64,000 nt of DNA from Turneriella sp. (GTDB taxonomy: Bacteria; Spirochaetota; Leptospiria; Turneriellales; Turneriellaceae), in contig CBDIID010000003.1 in NCBI GenBank assembly GCA_965279515.1, forward strand, positions 704,001 to 768,000, in the 5' to 3' direction. The position numbers and the translations under genes are program-made. The notes under the pieces are model-generated. The model searched no databases. It saw only the letters and a list, made by a program, of their open reading frames with translations, and was not told where the DNA came from. Below, piece by piece: positions 1 through 7,956 of this stretch. Within the stretch, counting starts at the first letter, position 1; each line of letters starts with the position of its first letter.

Positions 1-1008
1 CGTATCGACAACCAGCTGCGCGGCCGGGCGGGCCGCCAGGGCGACCCCGGCAGTTCGCGCTTTTACCTCTCGCTCGAAGACGAGCTGATGCGTATTTTCG
101 GCTCTGACCGTTTAGGGCCGATCATGCAGCGTTTTGGCATGCAAGAAGGCGAAGCGCTCGAGCACCGTATGGTGACGAATGCCATCGAACGCGCGCAGAA
201 ACGCGTCGAATCGCACCACTTCGAGATGCGCAAGCACCTGCTCGAATACGACGATGTGATGAACAAGCAGCGCAAGTACATCTACATGATCCGCAACGAG
301 ATTCTCGATAATACGGATGTCAAAGACCTGATACGCGAATTCGCCGACGACGCGGTCAACATCCGCATTGAGCAGCTTCTGCCCGGCAAAAAGGTTTCGG
401 AGTTTAACTTTGAAGCGCTCGCCGAATATCTCAACGGCGTCTTCCAGATCAAGTACGACGACCTCGAAGAAGCCGTGCGCCGCGCCAGCAAAGAAGAATT
501 TATGGCCGAGGTGCGCAAAAAGGCGCTCGATGCCTTAAACCGCAAAGAAGAAGAGATCGGCGCTGAGAACATGCGTATTCTCGAAAAGATGATCGCGCTG
601 CAGGTCATCGACCAGAAATGGAAAGACCACCTCTACCTGATGGACCAGCTGCGCGACGGTATCTGGACGCTGGGTTATGCGGAGCGCAACCCGCTTGTCG
701 AATACCGTTTCCGTGCCTTCGCGATGTTCGAAGACATGGTCGCGGCGGTCAAAGACGAAGTCACAGAGTTCATCCTGCGGGCGCAGGTCAAAGAGCAGCT
801 GCGTGAAGAAGAGGCGATTGAAACCGAATACCACGAAGTCGGCAGCGCTCAGCACAGCACGATGGCAGGTTTTGATATGACGGACGGCGTGGCTGCACAG
901 GCGCTGGCAAAGCAGATGCAGAGCGGGCAGCCAGGCGCAACGACGTCTGAGGCCGCAAAGCAGACTGGCGGCGGATCGTCGAAGAGAAAGTCGTCCCGTC
1001 GGCGCTGA
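1..1008 (+). CDS. secA: Preprotein translocase subunit SecA, C-terminal part (5'-truncated by window)
   Basis: Frame 1 is open from base 1 and reads RIDNQLRGRAGRQGDPGSSRFYLSLEDELMRIFG, then RKHLLEYDDVMNKQR and IDQKWKDHL..MDQLRDGI..LGYAERNPLVEY, which are hallmark SecA motifs. Confidence 0.98.
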   Translation, partial: RIDNQLRGRAGRQGDPGSSRFYLSLEDELMRIFGSDRLGPIMQRFGMQEGEALEHRMVTNAIERAQKRVESHHFEMRKHLLEYDDVMNKQRKYIYMIRNEILDNTDVKDLIREFADDAVNIRIEQLLPGKKVSEFNFEALAEYLNGVFQIKYDDLEEAVRRASKEEFMAEVRKKALDALNRKEEEIGAENMRILEKMIALQVIDQKWKDHLYLMDQLRDGIWTLGYAERNPLVEYRFRAFAMFEDMVAAVKDEVTEFILRAQVKEQLREEEAIETEYHEVGSAQHSTMAGFDMTDGVAAQALAKQMQSGQPGATTSEAAKQTGGGSSKRKSSRRR

Positions 1009-1148
1009 CCCCACCCCGGCTCGCTGGGCGAGCCACCCCTCCCCATTGACATGGAGAGGGGTATGTTCTGAAATCTAATTCGGATTAAGACCTATCCCCA
1101 AGTTCCCCCTCTCCACGTTAGTGGGGAGGGGGTTAGGGGGTGGGGTCA
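1006..1148. repeat. 143-bp multi-hairpin REP/REPIN- or MITE-like element, copy 1
   Basis: 12-bp terminal inverted repeat TGACCCCACCCC...GGGGTGGGGTCA. Internal hairpins GGCTCGC-TGG-GCGAGCC, CCCCTCCCCAT-TGAC-ATGGAGAGGGG and CCCCCTCTCCAC-GTTA-GTGGGGAGGGGG. A second copy lies at 2717-2859. Confidence 0.9.
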
Positions 1149-1790
1149 CCTACCCCACTTACTCTCGATATACGCGTCCCGTCCCGACCCTTTGCGGTAG
1201 CGGTAATAATCCGTCGGATTCTTCTTGTAATAGTCCTGGTGGTAATCTTCCGCCGGCCAGAAGTCATTGGCTTCTTTGATCTTCACGGCAATCTTCCCAA
1301 ACTTACCCGAGGCCGCCATTTCGTCCCTGGTTTTTTCCGCCGCGGCTTTTTCCGTTTTGCTGCCGAAAAAGATGTAAGTCTTATACTGTTCGCCGCGGTC
1401 ATAGAACTGGCCGTCATCCTGCTCGGGATTGATGTTGCGCCAGAAGACATCGAGCAGCTTTTCATAGCTCACCTGCGCCGGGTCGTAGAGCACGAGCACT
1501 GATTCGACCTGCGAGCTGCGCCCGTACGAGACTTCACTATATGTGGGATTCTTCTCTTTGCCGCCCGAATAGCCCGAGATGACGGCCTTCACACCCGCGA
1601 GCTTTTCATAGGGCGGCTCCATACACCAGAAGCAACCACCGGCGAAGATTGCCGTTCTGAGCTTGGTGTCTTTATTTACATAAGGGCGCGGTAAGGTGAA
1701 CTTGTCCGCAGAGCCGCCACCCGCTTCAGCCTTGTCGCCGCAGGCAATCAAAAGCCCGGCCAGAAGCACGGCCCAATGTCTTAGTTTCAT
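1146..1790 (-). CDS. msrA: Peptide-methionine (S)-S-oxide reductase MsrA, predicted lipoprotein
   Basis: FAGGCFWCME active site, GYSGG..NPTY.EV and FWPAEDYHQDYY; N-terminal signal peptide ending LLIAC. Confidence 0.95.
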   Translation of the reverse strand: MKLRHWAVLLAGLLIACGDKAEAGGGSADKFTLPRPYVNKDTKLRTAIFAGGCFWCMEPPYEKLAGVKAVISGYSGGKEKNPTYSEVSYGRSSQVESVLVLYDPAQVSYEKLLDVFWRNINPEQDDGQFYDRGEQYKTYIFFGSKTEKAAAEKTRDEMAASGKFGKIAVKIKEANDFWPAEDYHQDYYKKNPTDYYRYRKGSGRDAYIESKWGR

Positions 1791-1868
1791 GATAAATCCC
1801 CCTTTGAACCCCCGTGTGGTACGTCCATGTTGTTTTGGTCGCTTTGAAACGATAATTATGACAATTTA

Positions 1869-1898
1869 TTGACGTGCGTTGCACAAAAAACATATATT
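1869..1898 (+). promoter_or_regulatory. Candidate sigma70 promoter of the puuD-like gene, with a small palindrome
   Basis: TTGACG-18 nt-TATATT; a GTGC-GTT-GCAC palindrome overlaps the -35/spacer; AAGGAG RBS lies before the ATG at 1991. Confidence 0.45.
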
Positions 1899-1990
1899 CA
1901 GCATCGTAGCCGGATATCTGCGGTGTCGGATGGTACACTATGTACACCACCACCTGGATTCATCCTAATCTAAAGGAGAAAAAAAATAAA

Positions 1991-2719
1991 ATGAACATCT
2001 CAATACTTTCCGATCACGGTGCATTTCTGTTCCGTTACTTTCACATTATCGGGGGCGTCGCCTGGATTGGCGTACTCTGGTATATCAACTTCATTCAAGG
2101 CGGTTATGTCGGCGGCCTCGACGCGGCAGGCCAGACCACGGCAAAACAAAAGCTGTTTCCGAAAGTCATGTGGTACTTTCGTTACGGTGCGCTGCTGACT
2201 TTCATCACCGGCGTGGCGCTCATTGTCCTGAAGGGTTTTGGCCCCGGTAAAGTTGCTCCCGTAGGTACTGATGTCTGGAATGCCTGGTTTGCTAAAATCT
2301 ATCCCGGTTTTATGTTCGCCACCATCATGTTCCTCAATGTCTGGCTCGTGATCTGGCCCCGCCAGAAGAAAATCATCGCAGCAGCGAATGGCACAGCCGT
2401 CGACGGCGTACCAAAACTTGCGCGCCGCGGTTTTCTCGCATCACGCACCAACACGCTGCTCTCTATCCCTATGCTGTTTTTCATGGCATCTGCAGTACAC
2501 CTGCCGATCGTGATGGTCAGCGCAGCGAAACTGCAACTGTGGATTATCGTTGTTTCAGGCGTGCTTTTGCTCATCGAAGCCAATGCGCTTTTCACAACCA
2601 ACGATCCGGCTGCAAAACCAGCCAGCTTCAAGCCTCTCGAATCGATTAAGGGCGTGATTCACATGGGCTTCTTGCTCACGATTCTGCTCTATGTCGGTGT
2701 GGAATTGTTGCTGAAGTAA
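1991..2719 (+). CDS. Urate hydroxylase PuuD-like (Urate_ox_N) membrane protein, no cytochrome c domain seen
   Basis: FRYFHIIGGVAWIGVLWYINF, ATIMFLNVWLVIWPRQKK and SRTNTLLSIPMLFFM motifs; multiple TM segments; no CxxCH. Start placed at the ATG after AAGGAG. Confidence 0.8.
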   Translation: MNISILSDHGAFLFRYFHIIGGVAWIGVLWYINFIQGGYVGGLDAAGQTTAKQKLFPKVMWYFRYGALLTFITGVALIVLKGFGPGKVAPVGTDVWNAWFAKIYPGFMFATIMFLNVWLVIWPRQKKIIAAANGTAVDGVPKLARRGFLASRTNTLLSIPMLFFMASAVHLPIVMVSAAKLQLWIIVVSGVLLLIEANALFTTNDPAAKPASFKPLESIKGVIHMGFLLTILLYVGVELLLK

Positions 2720-2859
2720 CCCCACCCCGGTTCGCTGCGCGAACCACCCCTCCCCATTGACATGGAGAGGGGCCTTTTCTGAAATTCAATTTTAGATAAA
2801 ACCGTATTCCCTATTCCCCCTCTCCACGTATGTGGGGAGGGGGTTAGGGGGTGGGGTTA
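2717..2859. repeat. 143-bp multi-hairpin REP/REPIN- or MITE-like element, copy 2
   Basis: TAACCCCACCCC...GGGGTGGGGTTA termini; the same three hairpins as 1006-1148, same orientation and same length. Confidence 0.9.
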
Positions 2860-3699
2860 ACTCGCTTTCGCGTCGTAACTCGCCAACGCTTTTTGCGCCA
2901 GATGGTAATTCTGGTTATCCCACGGATGAAAATCGGGCTTGTAATACTCCAGAAACTTAAAGAAGCTCTTGCGCGCCAGATCGTATTTGCCAAAGAACAC
3001 ATCGAAGATCGTCAGCCACTCTTTGGGTTTGAAGAGGGAGCGGTCCTGCGCCATAAAATACAGCGTATTGCCAAAGGTAATCAGGTAAAAGCCGACCAGC
3101 GCCATATTCATGATGCCTGTACGCAACGCATAACTGTCGTCGATCGCGAGTAACTGGTCGTAGGCGACAGCCTTGTGTTCGATCTCTTCGGCGGCATGCC
3201 ATTCAAAGAGCCGGCGCATCTCGGGATGCATCTGGTTCACGAGCTCGGTATTCTCAAAATAAATCTCACCGAACATCGCGGTAAAGTGCTCGAGGCCGGC
3301 GACGAGGGCGTAGTTGGCCTTATCGGGCAGCGCTTTTTCCAGCCAATCGAAGGCAAACTGGCGCACGGTCCAGATGACCGGCTCGAGGTTATAGCCCTGT
3401 GCACGCAGGAGATCCCACAGTTTTTCATGCTGCGTCGCGTGCATCGTTTCTTGGCCGATAAAGCCCTGGATATCTTTTTTGATTTTCGGATCGCTGACTT
3501 GCGTGAGCGCCTTTTTCGACCAGCGCACGAAATAACGTTCGGCGTCGGGAAAAATCGCGGTCCAGGTATTCAGCATGTGCGTGAGAAAGGCGCTGTCGCC
3601 GAACCAGTGTTTTGGCAGCGAGGCATCGAAACTGACCTGTATGCGGTGGGGCTTGATCTGTTCTGGCGAGTTACGCCCCCTCAACTCGGCGTTATTCAT
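2857..3699 (-). CDS. Predicted metal-dependent hydrolase (PF10118-like, diiron-type)
   Basis: FPDAERYFV, FIGQETMHATQH, LEHFTA and WHAAEEIEHKAVAYD motifs, C-terminal PDFHPW; ATGA overlap with the upstream gene. Confidence 0.85.
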   Translation of the reverse strand: MNNAELRGRNSPEQIKPHRIQVSFDASLPKHWFGDSAFLTHMLNTWTAIFPDAERYFVRWSKKALTQVSDPKIKKDIQGFIGQETMHATQHEKLWDLLRAQGYNLEPVIWTVRQFAFDWLEKALPDKANYALVAGLEHFTAMFGEIYFENTELVNQMHPEMRRLFEWHAAEEIEHKAVAYDQLLAIDDSYALRTGIMNMALVGFYLITFGNTLYFMAQDRSLFKPKEWLTIFDVFFGKYDLARKSFFKFLEYYKPDFHPWDNQNYHLAQKALASYDAKAS

Positions 3700-4580
3700 A
3701 CCGCTACCTCGCGTGCATTCCATCTTTCTACATGCGGCAAGGCATCGTCGAGATAATAGGCACTATTCTCCGTAATGTGGATGATTTCTTCCCACTTTAC
3801 GCCAAACTCTTCTGTTCCAATATGCGGCTCCACAGCCCAAAGTCCCGGGTCTGCCGAGACACGCGTGTTTTCTGCCCACAGCGCCGTGTGGTTATCCCAC
3901 GGGTTGATGATGCGGCTGATCTCTTCGGCCGCCAGGTACAGGAAGGTCGAGACCTCGAAGCGCATCACGGGAATGCGGGGCAAAAGCCGCGTCGGTATTT
4001 TGCCGACCTTGTGTCCCAAAACACCCTGCGGGTATTTTGCATGGCAATTCTCATAACCCATATCGGCGAGCGCCTCGCTCACATCGGCATAGATCTGCGC
4101 CATCGTCTTCTCTTTGCAGACCCCTGCGAGAATCAGCGGCCGAAAAACGGAGAGATCATCGAGCGCCTTTTCGATCTTTTCATTGCGTCCATGCGCATAG
4201 GCATAACCGACATCGGCCGAGCAGTCATTGAAGATCGGCGCAACATCGAGAATGACGCCCATACCCTCTTCGAGCCGAGTATCGGTCGGCATAAACTTCT
4301 CTCCAAAATGCGGTGGGAGTAATTTCGTCGGGAAATTGCGGGTATCGAAAGGGCGGTCAATCCCCTGGAAGGCGGTGCGCTTGCCGAACCAGGCAAAGGG
4401 CGCGTGGAAATACCGCGTCATGCCGCGCGCCTTGATTTCATCGTCGATCATCTGCGCCGCGTCGCGCTCGCTGTCGCCGGTTTTGAGGTTTTTAGCGACC
4501 GCAACCACGGCTTCATAAGAGAGGCGTTGGCACTCTTTGAAGCTCATGAGGTCAGTGTCGGTATAGAATTCTCGTGACAT
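3696..4580 (-). CDS. M24-family (aminopeptidase P-like) metallopeptidase
   Basis: Pita-bread metal ligands in LDVAP, SADVG, GHKVG, VEPH and KWEE. Confidence 0.8.
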   Translation of the reverse strand: MSREFYTDTDLMSFKECQRLSYEAVVAVAKNLKTGDSERDAAQMIDDEIKARGMTRYFHAPFAWFGKRTAFQGIDRPFDTRNFPTKLLPPHFGEKFMPTDTRLEEGMGVILDVAPIFNDCSADVGYAYAHGRNEKIEKALDDLSVFRPLILAGVCKEKTMAQIYADVSEALADMGYENCHAKYPQGVLGHKVGKIPTRLLPRIPVMRFEVSTFLYLAAEEISRIINPWDNHTALWAENTRVSADPGLWAVEPHIGTEEFGVKWEEIIHITENSAYYLDDALPHVERWNAREVAV

Positions 4581-4585
4581 GGCCT

Positions 4586-4614
4586 CATATAGCCATACTT
4601 GAACAAAGTGTCAA
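4586..4614 (-). promoter_or_regulatory. Candidate leaderless sigma70 promoter with an imperfect palindromic operator
   Basis: Minus strand reads TTGACA-17 nt-TATATG-5 nt-ATG; TTGACACTTTGTTCAA is an imperfect inverted repeat covering the -35. Confidence 0.5.
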
Positions 4615-4801
4615 CTTTTATTGAAGGACAGCGCATCAAGTCGACGTCAAAAAATGCGGCGATAGCCGGAAGCCTCGGCGTTTGGTAAACCCCAAACGCC
4701 TGCTAAAGCGGCCGAAACGGCCTGCTTCCGGCTATCAGGGGAGCCGCATTTTCGACCGGGTTATTGCTTGTCGTAGCTGCCAATGCCCCGAATCTGAACC
4801 G

Positions 4802-7144
4802 ATGCAAAGCCTCGAGGCATACCTGTCATTGGGAGTGTTAATCCTCCTTATACTGACATCCGCCTTCTATACCCTCTACCTGCGCTTCTTGCCGCTGCGC
4901 TACGTCTTCTATGGCTTTCGCATCGCGCTGACGGGCCTGGGCCGCGAAGACGAAGGCACAACGATACCGCGTACGCAGCGCTCGGGCGAGATCAATAACC
5001 TGCGCGCGATGTTCCTGGCGGGCAGCATCCAGGCAAATGCCGCCGTATTGTTGGGTATTCCCGTCATTGTACTCTGGGGCGGCGCGCCTTCGCTCGTCTG
5101 GGTTGCACTCTTTGGCATTCTTCTGGCGACGCTGCGTTTTGCCGGCGGCACACTCGCAGTGCGTTACCGTGAAAAACATGATACCGGCTGGTTGGGTGGT
5201 GCGCGTGAAATCGTCGCGTCAACTTTCTGGGGTAACCGCGGCGCCTTAGTCTATACGCTCGTCGCCATCGTCGTCTGCCTCATCTGGGGTGCGGCAGCGC
5301 AGGCAGATCTTTGGCATAACTTCTATGCGACTCCCGAAAAAGTGAAACTGCCGCTGCGTCTCGGCGAACATATTTTCTCGAGCCAGTGGGCGCCGCTCTT
5401 TATGGTGCTGACGGGTTTTATTTTGAGCCTCGGTTCATTGCGCCGCGTCGGCCGCATCGCGGCATTCATCTCGCCCATCGTCACCGGTCTTTTGCTGATA
5501 CTCGCGATCTTTATCATTGCACAAAATTCGGGTAAGGCTGCCGAGTTCATGTCGATGGCATTTTCGCAGGCCCTCAACTTCAAAAGTCTCGCGTCAGGCA
5601 TTGTCGCATCGCTGCTGGTCTTTAAATGCGCGGCGTTTACAGGTATCGTTGCGCCAGAAGAATCGACGGGCATTTCAGGCGCCGTGACCGCAGCATCGAT
5701 CAACGACTATGCGGTGAAGCAGGGTCTGGTTTCGATGTCGACGGCGCTCTTGTACACTACGCTGGTCATTCCCCTGCTCTGCCTTGCCTACGCTGTGGGC
5801 ATGCCCGAAGTCAAGGGTGTCGACGCCGCGATGGGCGGTGTAAAATCGCTGCTCGCGCCTGCGCCTGCCGCGGCGAGTGAAATTATCCGCCAGGTACAGT
5901 TCTCGCTCGCGCATGTATTCTCAGGCGCGCTGGGTCGCGGCGGCTTTTTGATCATCGCACTCTCTGCCTTTGCCCTGGGAGCCATCGCCGCGGGCGTATG
6001 GATTATCATACTCGAAAGATTCCTGCTCTCGATCGGTGCGCGCGCCCTCGTCTGGCCCGGACGCATCGCCTACGTGGCGATTTTCGCGCTCTCGGCGCGC
6101 TTTTCTAATCTCGCTGATAAGGTGCTCATCTCATCGATTCTGTTTTCGCTGATGGCTTTGGTCTTTTTGACGGCACTCATCAGCAAAGTCAAAGAAGTGC
6201 GGCAGGTATCGCGCGAGTATTTTGAACTTTTTCCGCACAAACACGACCTCGGCGTCAAATTCTATGTTCTGCTGCTGACCCTGTTGCCGAAGAACATGGT
6301 TTCTAAGCTCAACGGCTTTCTCGCCGGCCTGCGCCTGCCGCGCTTTATGATGACGCCAATTGTACTGGCGTTTGCGCGTATCTACAAGATCAATATCCAG
6401 GAAGCGGAGCTTGAAATCCGCGACTATGAATCCTTAAATAAGTTTTTCACACGCGCCCTCAAGAACGGCTCACGCCTCATCGACCAGAAAGAAACAGTGA
6501 TTGTTTCACCGGTGGATGGCCGCCTTTTGGTTGCGGGCAGCCTGGAGAAAGGCCAGCTTCTCCAAAGCAAAGGGATGGAATCTTCGCTACAAAACCTGCT
6601 CGGCAATAACCGTTTCTACAAACGTTTCCTCGGCGGTCACTACATGACGATCTATCTTTCGCCGCAGGATTATCACCGTATCCATTCCCCGGTCGAGGGC
6701 CGTATTTTAGGCTACTATTACCAACCAGGCAAACTTTTCCCCGTGAACAATTTGGCCGTGAACTCGATCAACCAGCTGTTCTCCAAGAACGAGCGCCTCA
6801 TTACCTACATCCAGAGCGAGCGCGGCCTTGTCGCGCTCATCAAGGTCGGAGCAACTTCGGTGGGTAAGATCCGCGTCACCTACGACCCCAATATCGCGAC
6901 CAACCGCTGGATACGCCTCGCCAAAGAACACATGTATGACGAAGAGATCCAGATCCGCAAGGGCGCTGAGCTCGGCCGCTTTGAGATGGGTTCAACCGTC
7001 ATGCTGCTCTTTGAAAAAGACACCGTCGAGCTGCTCGAATTCGAAGAGAAACAGAAAATGATCCTGGGGCAGCCCATTGCACTCTTTACCAATAAACCGC
7101 AGGCAACGAAACCTGCAAAAACAAAATCGGGAGCTAAGAAATGA
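4802..7144 (+). CDS. psd: Fusion protein: degenerate alanine/glycine:cation symporter (AGCS) domain plus phosphatidylserine decarboxylase
   Basis: The N-terminal ~480 aa are polytopic with AGCS remnants (GG.P..VW, TLAVRYRE..GG, KQGLVSM). The C-terminus has FFTRALK, SPVDG, YLSPQDYHRIHSP, NER and FEMGSTV (pyruvoyl self-cleavage site, GS at 6989-6994). Confidence 0.9.
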   Translation: MQSLEAYLSLGVLILLILTSAFYTLYLRFLPLRYVFYGFRIALTGLGREDEGTTIPRTQRSGEINNLRAMFLAGSIQANAAVLLGIPVIVLWGGAPSLVWVALFGILLATLRFAGGTLAVRYREKHDTGWLGGAREIVASTFWGNRGALVYTLVAIVVCLIWGAAAQADLWHNFYATPEKVKLPLRLGEHIFSSQWAPLFMVLTGFILSLGSLRRVGRIAAFISPIVTGLLLILAIFIIAQNSGKAAEFMSMAFSQALNFKSLASGIVASLLVFKCAAFTGIVAPEESTGISGAVTAASINDYAVKQGLVSMSTALLYTTLVIPLLCLAYAVGMPEVKGVDAAMGGVKSLLAPAPAAASEIIRQVQFSLAHVFSGALGRGGFLIIALSAFALGAIAAGVWIIILERFLLSIGARALVWPGRIAYVAIFALSARFSNLADKVLISSILFSLMALVFLTALISKVKEVRQVSREYFELFPHKHDLGVKFYVLLLTLLPKNMVSKLNGFLAGLRLPRFMMTPIVLAFARIYKINIQEAELEIRDYESLNKFFTRALKNGSRLIDQKETVIVSPVDGRLLVAGSLEKGQLLQSKGMESSLQNLLGNNRFYKRFLGGHYMTIYLSPQDYHRIHSPVEGRILGYYYQPGKLFPVNNLAVNSINQLFSKNERLITYIQSERGLVALIKVGATSVGKIRVTYDPNIATNRWIRLAKEHMYDEEIQIRKGAELGRFEMGSTVMLLFEKDTVELLEFEEKQKMILGQPIALFTNKPQATKPAKTKSGAKK

Positions 7145-7956
7145 CCATCGGTATTGTCGGCCTCGGCAAAATGGGTTCGGCCCTCGCGCAGGGGCTTTCG
7201 GGTAAATATGAAATTGTCGGCTTTGAAAAAAGTGAAGTCGTGCGCGCCGACCTGCGGCCATCGCTGGTTAAGAAAATACGCATCGCCAACTCGATCGAAG
7301 AACTGCTCGATGTCGCAGGCCCGATCATTCTGGCAGTTAAACCTGCGCAGATCGGCCCCCTCGTTGCGGCTGTGAACGATCACCGCCTCGTCATCAGTAT
7401 CGCGGCGGGCATTGCGCTGAAGACCATTGACGCCGCGCGCAAAGAGAATGGCCCCACGATTCGCGCGATGCCCAACACACCGCTCGTCATCAAGCGCGGC
7501 ATCACCGCCTTTACCGGAAACAAATTCTGCACAGACGAAGACATCCAGACCGCACGCGACATCTTTGAAAATGTCGGTGAAGCCATTCACCTCGACCAGG
7601 AGAAACTAATTCATGCGGTGACCGGGCTTTCGGGCTCGGGGCCGGCGTATGTGTATCTCTTTCTGCAGAACCTCGAAGACGCGGGAGTCCTGCTTGGCCT
7701 CACACGCGCCGACAGCCGCAAACTGGCAATCCAGACGGTATTGGGTTCGACCGAGCTCGCACGCCAGTCACAGATTGCACCGCAGGAACTTGCGCACGAC
7801 GTGACATCCCCCGGCGGCACCACGGCGGTAGCGCTCAAGTCGCTGCACCGCCATGGTTTCCCCAATGCGGTGATGGAAGCGGTGACGGCCGCGACACGCC
7901 GCTCGGTGGAACTCGCCCTCGAAGCACAGGGTAAAACCGAAGCTTCCGCGGATTAA
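7141..7956 (+). CDS. proC: Pyrroline-5-carboxylate reductase
   Basis: GLGKMG, LAVKP, ISIAAGI, RAMPNTP, TGLSGSGPAY and VTSPGGTT motifs. Confidence 0.96.
   Translation: MTIGIVGLGKMGSALAQGLSGKYEIVGFEKSEVVRADLRPSLVKKIRIANSIEELLDVAGPIILAVKPAQIGPLVAAVNDHRLVISIAAGIALKTIDAARKENGPTIRAMPNTPLVIKRGITAFTGNKFCTDEDIQTARDIFENVGEAIHLDQEKLIHAVTGLSGSGPAYVYLFLQNLEDAGVLLGLTRADSRKLAIQTVLGSTELARQSQIAPQELAHDVTSPGGTTAVALKSLHRHGFPNAVMEAVTAATRRSVELALEAQGKTEASAD

Noticed and set aside
1006..2859. Repeats as a CRISPR array or an autonomous IS
   Set aside because: Only two copies 1.7 kb apart, no repeat-spacer periodicity, no cas genes and no internal ORF or transposase.
4682..4801. N-terminal extension of the AGCS-PSD ORF from TTG 4682
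   Set aside because: Non-protein-like sequence in the divergent promoter region; ATG 4802 directly precedes the first TM helix.
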